From assembly GCF_018350175.1 (NCBI RefSeq), contig NC_058368.1, forward strand, positions 118,298,001 to 118,362,000: a stretch of DNA of 64,000 bases, read 5' to 3'. The stretch comes from Felis catus. Taxonomy: Eukaryota. Shown one piece after another: positions 14,150 to 23,885 of the stretch. The stretch's first letter is position 1; each line of letters begins with the position of its first letter. The notes under the pieces were generated by a model. It did no database searches and was not told where the DNA came from. It saw nothing but the letters and a program-made list of their open reading frames with translations. The position numbers and the translations under genes were made by a program.

Positions 14150-14375
14150 ATAATAACAATAGCAAATACATAGTAGTTACTATAAGCCAGGCACTAAGAG
14201 CATGACTCATTTGAGCCTTTCAGCGACAAGGTTGGTACTTTTTTACCCCATTTTACAGATGCGGAAACTGAGGCACAAAGCCACAGGATTAATAAATGGC
14301 ACAGTCTGAATCTGAACCCCAGGGAGCCCCGCTGCAGAATCTATGCACTTGACCACTATATTAGGCTGCCTCTCT
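14150..14375 (-). mobile_element. MIR SINE (other MIR pieces at ~2840-3060, 4920-5095, 12430-12600, 40310-40585)
   Basis: MIR core CCCATTTTACAGATGCGGAAACTGAGGCACA. Confidence 0.8.
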
Positions 14376-16689
14376 TAATTCGGAATATTTAGGAATCAGA
14401 CACTTCATATTCCCTTCCTTCCTCTTCTCTCTCTGTAGACCACTGGCCTGGATGCTTGCCCTTGTTCCCATACCTTGGACCCTGCCTCCCAGCTGAGTTG
14501 GACATCCTGTCAGTCCACACTCACTCTCTGTTACCTGCCCCCCCCCCAGGTAGGTGCCCTCCCTTTTCTGTGGCTGAGTGGGCTCAATCCAGTTGTACCT
14601 TGAGATGGGACCCCTTGTCAGTACTCCGTGAGCATGTGTTGATTAGTGAAAAACAGGGGGGAAAAATCTTCATCCACCTACAATTCGTTTCACGTGTAGG
14701 CATTAGATTTACCTAAAACCGGGTATGCTTGCAGCACCCGTGACAGATTGCTTTTCCAGCAGCTTAACTCAAGGAGCATTGCGTTGGCCAAGCAACACCC
14801 TTTGATAAGGTGGATGGGGAATGCCTTACACTCTGTACCTCCCTCACTCCTAGAGGGTGGCCCAGCAGGCCTGGCAGCTCCGTGATCCTCCACGGTATAC
14901 TAGCATCCACAGAACGCATGTGAGCCAGGCGAGCGAGCACACTCTCCATCCTGGGTCAGGCATCCCATCACTTAGTGTAGGTGGAGCCTAAGATGCCGTC
15001 CACCCTCACCACTGAAAGCATCATCATCGTGGTTGATGCTACTGGCCTATGGCGTGAAACCACTTAACCAACCTCATAGCGCTTCCTTAAATCCTTTTCG
15101 GAACCAGACAAGCCGTATCTGTATGTATGCACAGCAGATCTGGGAGAGAGTTTACAAGAAACTCTGTTTTTCTCCCTTCATTATTTGTGTATCAGTTTGG
15201 CCTTTGATCAAGTACTTCATCTGCAAAGCCATTTACTCATACTAGCAAAGGCAGGGTCAACAGAAGAAGCCTCCAGTGCTCACCAGCTGCCCTCAGCAGC
15301 ACCTTTGATGATCTTGCCTTCAGATACACAATCTGAAAAGGGGAATTTCCTCAGAAGCCCTCAATGACCAACACAAAGAAAACAAAGGAAAAGGGAATTT
15401 GTGACTGTGAATCACAGTCTCCACCAAAATCCACACTCATTCACTCAGACAGTCCCAGTAAACAGCCGGCCAGCCCTTCACTGGACACCACTTTGCAAAG
15501 CCGGGCTTATTTCTTTTCAACCCTCTGCCACCATCAGGGCTGGCTGAGCCTCACACAAAGCCCCGGTCGTTCTTTGGCGGATGCTCGCCTCTCCCACCGC
15601 TGTTTGCAGAACTACATCATAAACAATCACATCTCTGTAGGGAATGAAAGGGAAAGTGCCAAAGCAGAAAAAGAATGCAGAAGAGTGTGTGGGGAGGTTG
15701 GGGGGTGGGGGGGGGGGGCGGCGCAGTGGTTAAAGCAGCTAGAGAGAGCATTGAATGTTTACATTCTGCTGAGTCACGCAGGGAGCTCTTAGACCCCAGT
15801 GTCCAGATAAGGTGAGTTCCTCTTGGGTCTCTGAAAAATGGGCACTTGATGCCTAAATTCTCCCCCAGACCTGGAGGTCTGAATTTTTCAAGTGTTCTTC
15901 TCTAGAAGCCTTGCACACTTTGGGCATGTAATAGTGACGTGGATGTGGCTAGCCATTCCCGCACCTTCTCCTCCAGTGCCAGTCTGCAGGGGCACTGAGA
16001 TGAGCGTGTGATATTCAAAGATCAGAAGGAAGGTAAGGAATAGTCCAGGTGAGCCACGGGGCCATCCGAATAGCCGCCTATCGTATCACATTCGGCTAAT
16101 CCTGTATTTCAGCCCGACTTTTGTATCAAAATTTGGATAAAGTCTGAGGTGCTCAGTGAACAGCCTTCCCGAGGCAGCTGAATGTCCAGGTTCCCCAAGA
16201 GGGTGAGTGTGACACAGCGGGCTCACGCCCTCCAGACTTACTAAAGCCACCGATTTTGGCTTCTGCGGAACCGAAGGGGCTGTATCCAGCGCTTCAGTAA
16301 ATGAGGACATTCCGCCCCCTCCAGTCCTCATCGGCCCGGCAGTGGAGGAATAAAGGTGCTGGGGCAGCATGGTGCAGGATCGTTTTTTACAGTCTCTGAA
16401 GTCTAGGTGCTATTTTTACATGCCTGTGCCACGGGCGATGCCTCTCCCCAGAGCGGCCAACACCACGGATTAAACAACCCAGCCAGAGGCGAGCCTCTGG
16501 GGATCCACTTGCCGGGGAACTGGTTCCAGTGGTATCCGCTTAAAACATCCCACTGCCTTCAGTCTTCCCGTTTTTTCCCCCCTCTCCATGTAATATTATC
16601 CTTGCACTTGGACACACACACATACGCACGCCCTCAGCTCTGCACACAACCTGCTCTTTCCTCCCCGAAACGGAGACTCAGATTCTTAC

Positions 16690-16842
16690 CTGAAAACCTT
16701 GTAGGCTGAGGACTGTGCCTCTTCGTCCAAGGGCAACACGGAAATCCACTGGGTGTCGTCTGCTCCGTGTCACTGTCACTGTGCTGCGGCTGCTTTCCCA
16801 GCAGCCCCACGCCGGCTCTCTGAACTTCTCGGTTACTGCAGC
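16690..16842 (-). other. FGF1: FGF1 non-coding exon 1B (brain-type 5' UTR exon)
   Basis: Minus strand reads AGCTGCAGTAACCGAGAAGTTCAGAGAGCCGG...GACACCCAGTGGATT...GGCACAGTCCTCAGCCTACAAGGTTTTCAG|GTAAGA. It resembles the recalled human leader AGCTGCAGTAGCCTGGAGGTTCAGAGAGCCGG...GACACCAAGTGGATT...CAGCCCTCGGCCTACAAGCTCTTTAG. Donor GT at 16689-16688. The 5' end is approximate. Confidence 0.88.
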
Positions 16843-17340
16843 TCTGTGTGGGGAGAGGGGACGGGCCGTGGCATGCACATCAGGTTGCTGGTCTGCCTCC
16901 AGACACCATGCCACAGAGCCGGCTACCAGTCCCGCAGGGCCGTGTGGGAAGCAGGGAGGCAGGCTGGGGAGCTGAGAATGCCAGCCTCTGGGTCTCTCTC
17001 TGACCTTGTTTATCAGCAGAGGGGACCTGCCTGTAGACTCTAGCCCGCACTGACCCCACCCACAGGGACATACACAGAGCTCTAAGTGCCCCCAACTCTG
17101 GACAGCCAGCAGCAGGCAGAGCTATTGGCCAGCAGGGAAGGGAGGCAGAGACGACAGACGGCAGCTATCCTGGGTGTTATTTTAACGTGGTTTGTCTTGG
17201 GGCAAATGGCTGAGCCGAATGGACTACTGGCCTGTCTGAGCAGAATCCTGTTTATTTGGAAGCCTCAGTCACCAGGGAAACAGCAGGTCGTGGCTCAGAG
17301 ACGCTCCTCTGGAATCAGAAGGCTGCCGGATGAAAGAGTC
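16843..17340 (-). promoter_or_regulatory. FGF1: FGF1 promoter 1B (F1B) region
   Basis: Repeat-free, locally CpG-enriched sequence directly upstream of exon 1B. Contains a minus-strand CCAAT (ATTGG 17124-17128) and the RR2 element. Confidence 0.82.
17266..17291 (-). promoter_or_regulatory. RR2 cis-element of promoter 1B (imperfect E-box GACCTG plus RFX X-box)
   Basis: Minus strand ACGACCTGCTGTTTCCCTGGTGACTG versus recalled human ACGACCTGCTGTTTCCCTGGCAACTC (about -492 to -467). Lies roughly 430-470 bp upstream of the inferred 1B start. Confidence 0.85.
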
Positions 17341-17944
17341 CTTTTCTGTTCTGTCATCTGGCATCCCTGCGCAGGGTGTAGGTGTCTGCGTGTGGCAGAG
17401 TGTGTGTGTGTCTGTTTGTGCCATTCCTAGGGCCAAGCCTTGCAACGGGCATGTCGCAAAGCCATCCAAGGCAATGGCTGTCCAGGCTAGGGCTGGATGG
17501 GGCTGTGGAGCGAGTATTTCTGTCGTTCCTGACCAGTGGTCAAGCCTGTCACTGCTGAACCGGGCTAATGAATCCTCAGGTGAGCCCAGCTCCAGGGGCG
17601 GGGATTTCATTAAAGGACCACAGGCATCATCTTCATGCCGCTGGCCAGGACAGGGTGAGGAAGGGAGGAAGCTGCCTGTACAAATAACTCTTTGGCTGGC
17701 AGGTAGGGAATGAAGCTGGAAATTGGATTAAAAGGATGTGGATCAGGAGGTATCTTTGAAGAGACTAAATGGAAACATGATGAATAGTTTCCTATAACTG
17801 AAGAAGGTCTCTACTCCTTATATAGGCTTTGGAAGCCTGGGAGGTATGTGTTTGTGTGCATGAATGTTTGTCCCAGCCCGCCCGCCTGCTGATTCAGATA
17901 GACAGGTACGGATTGACCTGTGAGAGCTAGAAATATGCTCTCTG

Positions 17945-18101
17945 GGGGCACCTGGGTGGCTCAGTCGGTTGAGCATCCGACTTTGGCTCAGATCATGATC
18001 TCTCAGTTCGTGGGTTCAAGCCTCATCTTGGGCTCTGTGCTGACAGGTCAGAGCCTGGAGCCTGCTTCGGATTCTGTGTCTCCCTCTGTCTCTGTCCCTC
18101 C

Positions 18102-18141
<40 letters not shown>

Positions 18142-18169
18142 AACAAAAACAAAAACATTAAAAAAAAAA
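17945..18169 (+). mobile_element. CanSINE
   Basis: SINE head and tail; TSD atgctctctgg. Confidence 0.92.
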
Positions 18170-19062
18170 TAATGCTCTCTGGTCTCCACCTCCCCTTGGA
18201 AGGTGGAGGTGGGAGCCTCTCTCCAAAGGCATCACGTGGTATCCAGGGAGCCGTTTTTGTGCCTTTTGAGGAGATGAGCCTCCGAGAAGCTCATTCCCTG
18301 GAACAGGATGGATAAGCCACGGCTCTCCTGAAAGGGACTTGAAAAGTACAGAAAAAAAATTATTTCACTAAATTTTATTAATTGGAACCTCTGTGAGCTG
18401 CCATGTCTATATATTCAAAGATACTCATAATTTGCTTTCAAAAATAATGATCTTCCTGAGTGTCTACACAATTCCAAAGGACCTTCTGAAGCACAGAAAT
18501 ATAAAAAAATTTCGGATAATCGTCTTCTCAATACTGGAGAATTATTATGCTACCTCCAGTGTGCATGTTAACTTTCAACCACATGGAAAGATAGATCTTA
18601 AGGTTAGGAAACAGTAAATTAGGAAATTAAACCCATTAAATAGCTAACTAAAAATTCTCAGGACAGAGATGCGGCTCAGGGTCTCACCCAGCGTGCATCC
18701 CCTAATAAAAGCCTTTGCTGTGACTAAAAGCAGGTGTCCCTAGCTCAGGGTCATGCCCTTGAACCTGCCCACACTGTGTGGTTGACCCTTCCTGTGCAGC
18801 TCGGCCGGGTTCCCATTCCATCCTTCCTAAAGGAGATGGATGAGACTGCTAACCGCATCTTCCCTGCAAGCCAACAGGAGTAATGGGACCATCCAGTGTG
18901 CCAAAATGTGTGAAAGCACCTTGAAAACGGGTAACACAAGTGTAAGTCATTATTTTAATGTTATTTCTCCATTCTGTCCAGTTGTGAACTGCTGTTAAAA
19001 AAAAAAAAAAAACCTACAAGGATTTTCCACAAAGATAATCCCTAGCTACTGATATAAACTCC

Positions 19063-19091
19063 TTTTTCTTTTTCTTTCTTTCTTTCTTTCT

Positions 19092-19123
<32 letters not shown>

Positions 19124-19339
19124 TTTCTTTCTTTCTTTCTTTCATGTTTATTTATCTTCAAGAGAGAGACAGAGTGCAAGCGAGGGAGGGGCAGAGAGAG
19201 GGAGACACAGAATCTGAAGAAGGCTCCAGGCTCTGAGTTGTCAGCACAGAGTCCAATGTGGGGCTTGAACTCATGAACCATGAGATCATGACCTGAGCCA
19301 AAGTTGGATGCCTAATAGACTGAGCCACCTGGGCGCCCC
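19063..19339 (-). mobile_element. CanSINE with tail expanded into a (CTTT)n microsatellite
   Basis: Antisense SINE body 19143-19339 preceded by (CTTT)n at 19063-19142. Confidence 0.9.
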
Positions 19340-19825
19340 TAAACTAATTTCTTTACTGCATATCTGATATTCAGCAATGTTACTGTCCAAATACTGGGAA
19401 ATAATGAATCCTCAGTTCCTTAGAGTATTTACTGTAATATAATTCCCCTCAATATTGAATTTTTAAAAATTTCACCTTAATATCCCCCAAATTCCACATT
19501 TATTTCAACTTTCATATCAAGCATCTAAATTTGTCTTTTAAATAATATACATTTGGATGTTTTGAGTCATGAGACATGATAATGTTAATGCTTTCTGGCC
19601 TATTATTTAGCCTGGGAAGAGACTTGGAGATTGCCTTGTCTGAAGGTCTGGCCTCAGAATAGCCCTCCAGCTCTGGGCCAGGAAATAATAGCTGTTGAGG
19701 CTGTTCATTAAGCATCCATAATACTCTAGATCCTATGCAGGTCATGTAACAGAAACATACCTTCCCTCAAAGCTCTTAGACCACATTTAAAGCCGTTTCT
19801 GCAATGATTAAAACCTATCTGCAGG

Positions 19826-20030
19826 GGGATGCCTGGGGGGCTCCGTCGGTTAAGTGTCCAACTCTCAATTTCGGCTCAGGTCACAATCTCAGGGTTGGCA
19901 GATCAAACCCCGTATCAGTCTCCGTGTTGAACATGGAGCCTGCTTGGGATTCTCTATCTCTCCCTCTGCCCCTCTCCCCTGCTTGTGGTCTCTCTCTCTC
20001 AAAATAAATAAATAAACATTAAAAAAAAAA
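19826..20030 (+). mobile_element. CanSINE
   Basis: SINE head, CT tract, A tail; degenerate TSD cctatctgcagg / cctatatgcagg. Confidence 0.88.
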
Positions 20031-22008
20031 CACCCTATATGCAGGCCTACTAACACTGCAGGGGGTGGGTCTGTGAAAGGAAGAACATGGCAGATTTGCA
20101 AGACCAACAGAAATCCTGGTAGAAGCCTTGTAGTTTTATCCACAGAGGTGTGGCCATGGCCGGAGTCATCCACACCTGAAATGTGGCTGCTTCTGGAAGT
20201 GAGATTTTTCTTTCCACATCCTAAGAGATTGATTCACAATGGAGCGCTTGCAGCAGTGGCTATCACAGAACGTGGCTCTAAACCTCTTATAAGAGCCTTA
20301 GAAGAGTGCTAAAAGTAGAATGTGGCATTTCCATGCCTTGACTTATTCTGTGCTTGGGGCCTCTGAAAAGCAGACATCACTTTTTAATTGCCCCAACATG
20401 AGAGTGGAACCAAAGCATGACAGATAGAATCAGCAGAATTCAAAATGCCCCCAGCAACTATTCTCTCTCTCTCTCTGGGCATAACATAGAAACAATGGCT
20501 TCTTGTGCCTTGAATCTTGAAGCTGACAGTCAGTATTGGCTTTAAAATGTCCCCATTCGTTCGTCCTATTTCCATAAATGATGCAGTTATTTGAAACACA
20601 CACCAGACACACTGCATTTTCTTTCTAATTCCATTTGACCTTGTTGGGACACAACAAATCCTAATCAGCTGACAGGAGAAATCAGATGCTGCACTCTACT
20701 CTCTCCCCTAGCAAAGTATTTCCTTCTGTTTATGCCAAATCATGCAATTAAATGAAGGGCATGCTGGCCTCATGGCGAACCAACTGCCAGGATGACGGAG
20801 GGGAGGGATTTGACACACGGGGCATAGGGAAATGCCGCAGACGTTTACAGGAAATTGTATTAGTTGCCTGAGGAGACCTGAAAGCCACAAACGTCACAGA
20901 GCTGCAGGACAGAAACAGGGCCCAATGGTTCTCAAGGGGGCAGTCACCTGATCCTATGGTAATCCAAGAACAGGAGCTCACCCCAGGGTCAGCCTGGCTC
21001 TCTGGCTTCTTCTGGGGATTGTACTTGGAAGGGACTAACCCATGAGGGGTGGGCTTCTTCTTCTCTGTGATATTGATCACCCACTGCCTCTTCTATTTTA
21101 TGTTTTCTTTTATCTCAATTTTTAAATTTTTATTTTAAAATATTTTATCTTTAAATAAAAGTAATGCTTTGCACACATGGCCACATGCACAATGTACAGA
21201 AGGGTATAAAATGACCCTCATTAAGCCCTCTCCCCAAAGATAACCACTATTAACTTTTTTTTTTTTTCCTGGACCCTTTAGTGGGGAAACGGCTTCCTAC
21301 ACCTGAATGTGTATATGCTCAAAAACAATTTACGAGCAATGTCCTGCATTGTTGTTTGCTTTTCACTTAGTAATAAATCTCTGCACATTGGTGTAGTCCG
21401 TCCAAGCACCAGTGTTCCTGGGCTATTGCAAAATCCTCCTAGCTGATTTCCCTGCTTCTACCCAACTTACTCTCTATAGTTCATTCCAGAGGGATCCTGC
21501 TAAAAGATAAATCAGATCATATACCTGTTTGTTCACAACTGTCCAGGGCCTTTGACTTGCTCTAAGAATGAAAGCTAAGCTTGCTATCACCAACCGCTTC
21601 CCTAAGTCCACCTCCTATGAACTGCTTGGTCATTTGTTCCAGTCATACTACTCATCTAGGCCAAACGTCCTGCCTCAGGACCTTTGCCCCTGCTACTCCT
21701 GCTTCCTGAGGTGTACACATTTGTTTTCTGCCCCTCTTTGTATGGCAAGCTCTTGCTTATCATTCTTGTCTCATTTTAGATCACCTTCTCCCTGACCACC
21801 TGCTCTAAATCAGCCCCTGTCACTGTTCTTCACATCCTCCTGCTTTCGTTTCCTTCACAGACCTTACTGCCATGGAACATTATGATATTCAGTTAGCTGT
21901 TTACCGGTTTGTTTCCTGGCCCCTCTGCCACACACACTGGAATATAAACTCCATGAGGAAAGCAGGGATTTCATCTGTCTTTTCACCATTACATCCTCCG
22001 TGTCTAGA

Positions 22009-22195
22009 CCAGCGGTTCTCAAGCTTGGATGTGCGTCGGAATCACGTGGAGGGTTGATCAAAACACAGATTGCTGGGCCCCACCTCCAAAGCTTCTAATT
22101 CAGGAGGTCTGGAGTGGGCCTGGAAATGTGCACGGCTGGCAAGTTCCCAGATGATGGTGAAACTGCGTCCAGGAACCAAACTCTGAGAACCCTCA
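22009..22195. mobile_element. MER5A-like hAT DNA transposon
   Basis: CAGCGGTTCTCAAG...GAATCAC...AAAACACAGATTGCTGGGCCCCACC...CTCTGAGAACC, with terminal inverted repeats. Confidence 0.8.
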
Positions 22196-22741
22196 GTCTC
22201 GACAGTGCCTGGCCCACGGTGGGTGTGCATATGTATTTGTCACATGAATGTATGAGTGTGCACCTGAGGGACTGCCACCTTCTTTGTCATGGCTTTTCCA
22301 CTTCATTATTTACTTATATTTGTGTCTGTAAGTCTCCTCAAATTCTTTGTGACAAGAGGGTCCAAGTTTTGTCAGCTACTTTTAGAACATGATTTATTAG
22401 CTCCACTGATTTGTCAGCAGATGAATAAAAATGTAACGTTTTATAGGCCCTGGGAGATCCATGGGAGTCCCATCTTGTTCTCTGCCTCAGTAAACCATGA
22501 GAACAAAAGGTGGGATGACTCTCACTTGACATGTGATAGAGAATTTTGCCCAGAAGTAATCGCTCAGGCCTCCCCTGTAGTTGTTTAATAATTGTCCCCT
22601 TGGCTTGGATTCTGCCTCGTGCTTTGGAAGATACATACATAGTCTACCTGGACCCCAGGTTATGAAATGTAGGGAGGCCAGTGGTTTTCCTGTGAGTACA
22701 AAACCCCTGAGAATCTGACAAGGTCTGTAACCCTTTTCCTG

Positions 22742-22742
<1 letters not shown>

Positions 22743-22776
<34 letters not shown>
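22743..22776. repeat. (AC)n microsatellite
   Basis: Uninterrupted AC run. Confidence 0.95.
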
Positions 22777-22778
<2 letters not shown>

Positions 22779-23000
22779 TTTTTATGTGTAATTCCTGGAA
22801 GTTACAAGATACCCCAAGTCAAAATTCAAAACTCCTGATTTGTGAATTGTCTGTCTATGTGGCAAAAAACCAGAAACAACGTGGATCCTTAGTTTAGCAT
22901 TTAAATTCCTCAGGAATCAGAAAGTTAAATGTAAGAAGACAAACCTTAGAGGAAAACATGAATTAATAAGATTAATAATCTTATTATTTATTTTAAATAA

Positions 23001-23047
23001 GGTACAAACTAATAAGGACCCCCCTGTAGAGGCACTCAGAGCCCCAA
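23001..23047 (+). repeat. 47-bp exact duplicate of 24601-24647
   Basis: ggtacaaactaataaggacccccctgtagaggcactcagagccccaa occurs at both positions. Confidence 0.95.
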
Positions 23048-23369
23048 TAAGATTTATAATCTTAGAAGGGAGAATGCTTTTTGGAGCAGGACTTGAAACC
23101 CAGAAATGAAAAGAGAATAGTGAGATCGCTTCCATAACATTTTGAATAATCCACACAGGAAAGAGGGGAACAGAAATCCTCCCAGCTTAGACTCTGTGGA
23201 GAAATCTAAGGATCGCGTTTTTCCCATCTGTATTCTTTCCACTTGGATTGTCTGGGTGGTCTGTGGCCGAGCTCTGTGGGAGAAGACCTAAGCTTATCAG
23301 AGCAGATGGGGTGAGGCCACATCCTTCAGGGAAGCCGTCACTGGGTTCATTATTTGATTAGCCATGGTT

Positions 23370-23885
23370 GGGTTTTTAAACAACTTTGAGATATAATTCA
23401 CATACCGTATAGTTCACTCATTTAAAGTAAACAATTAAATGGTTTCAGTGTATTCACGTGGTTGTGCAGCCATCACCGCTAATTTTAGAACAGTTTTGTC
23501 ATCCCCAAAAAGAAACCCCATGCTCATTAGCAAGTACTCCCCACACCATGTTCCTGCCAGGCCTAGGCAACCACCAGTGTACTTTCTGTCTCTGTAGAAT
23601 TGCCTGTTATGGCCGTTTCGTAGCGATGAAATCATACAGTATGGGTTTCTTTCCCTTCAAAAGCATAATGTCTCTGAGGTTCATCGGTGTTACAGCATGT
23701 TTCAGCACTTCATTCCTTTTTATCGCTGAGTAGTATTTCATTGTGTGGATATGCCACATTTTATTTATCCATTCATCGGTGAATGGACTTTTGGCTTGTT
23801 TCCCTGTTTGGACTGTGATGAATGATGCTGCCATGGACATGTATAGTTTTTGTGAGAACATATATTTTCATTTCTGTTGGGTCTG
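23370..23885 (-). mobile_element. L1M 3'-end fragment
   Basis: Antisense L1 3' UTR and ORF2-tail motifs; ORF 23607..23861 contains TDEWINKMWHIHTMKYYSAIKRNE. Confidence 0.88.

Noticed and set aside
16678..16914. 78-aa ORF over exon 1B as a coding exon
   Set aside because: No similarity to FGF1 protein; it begins upstream of the inferred start site at a non-ATG codon, and 1B is a known untranslated exon.
17176..17186. GTTATTTTAAC as a MEF2 site in promoter 1B
   Set aside because: It is one base short of the YTA(W)4TAR consensus.
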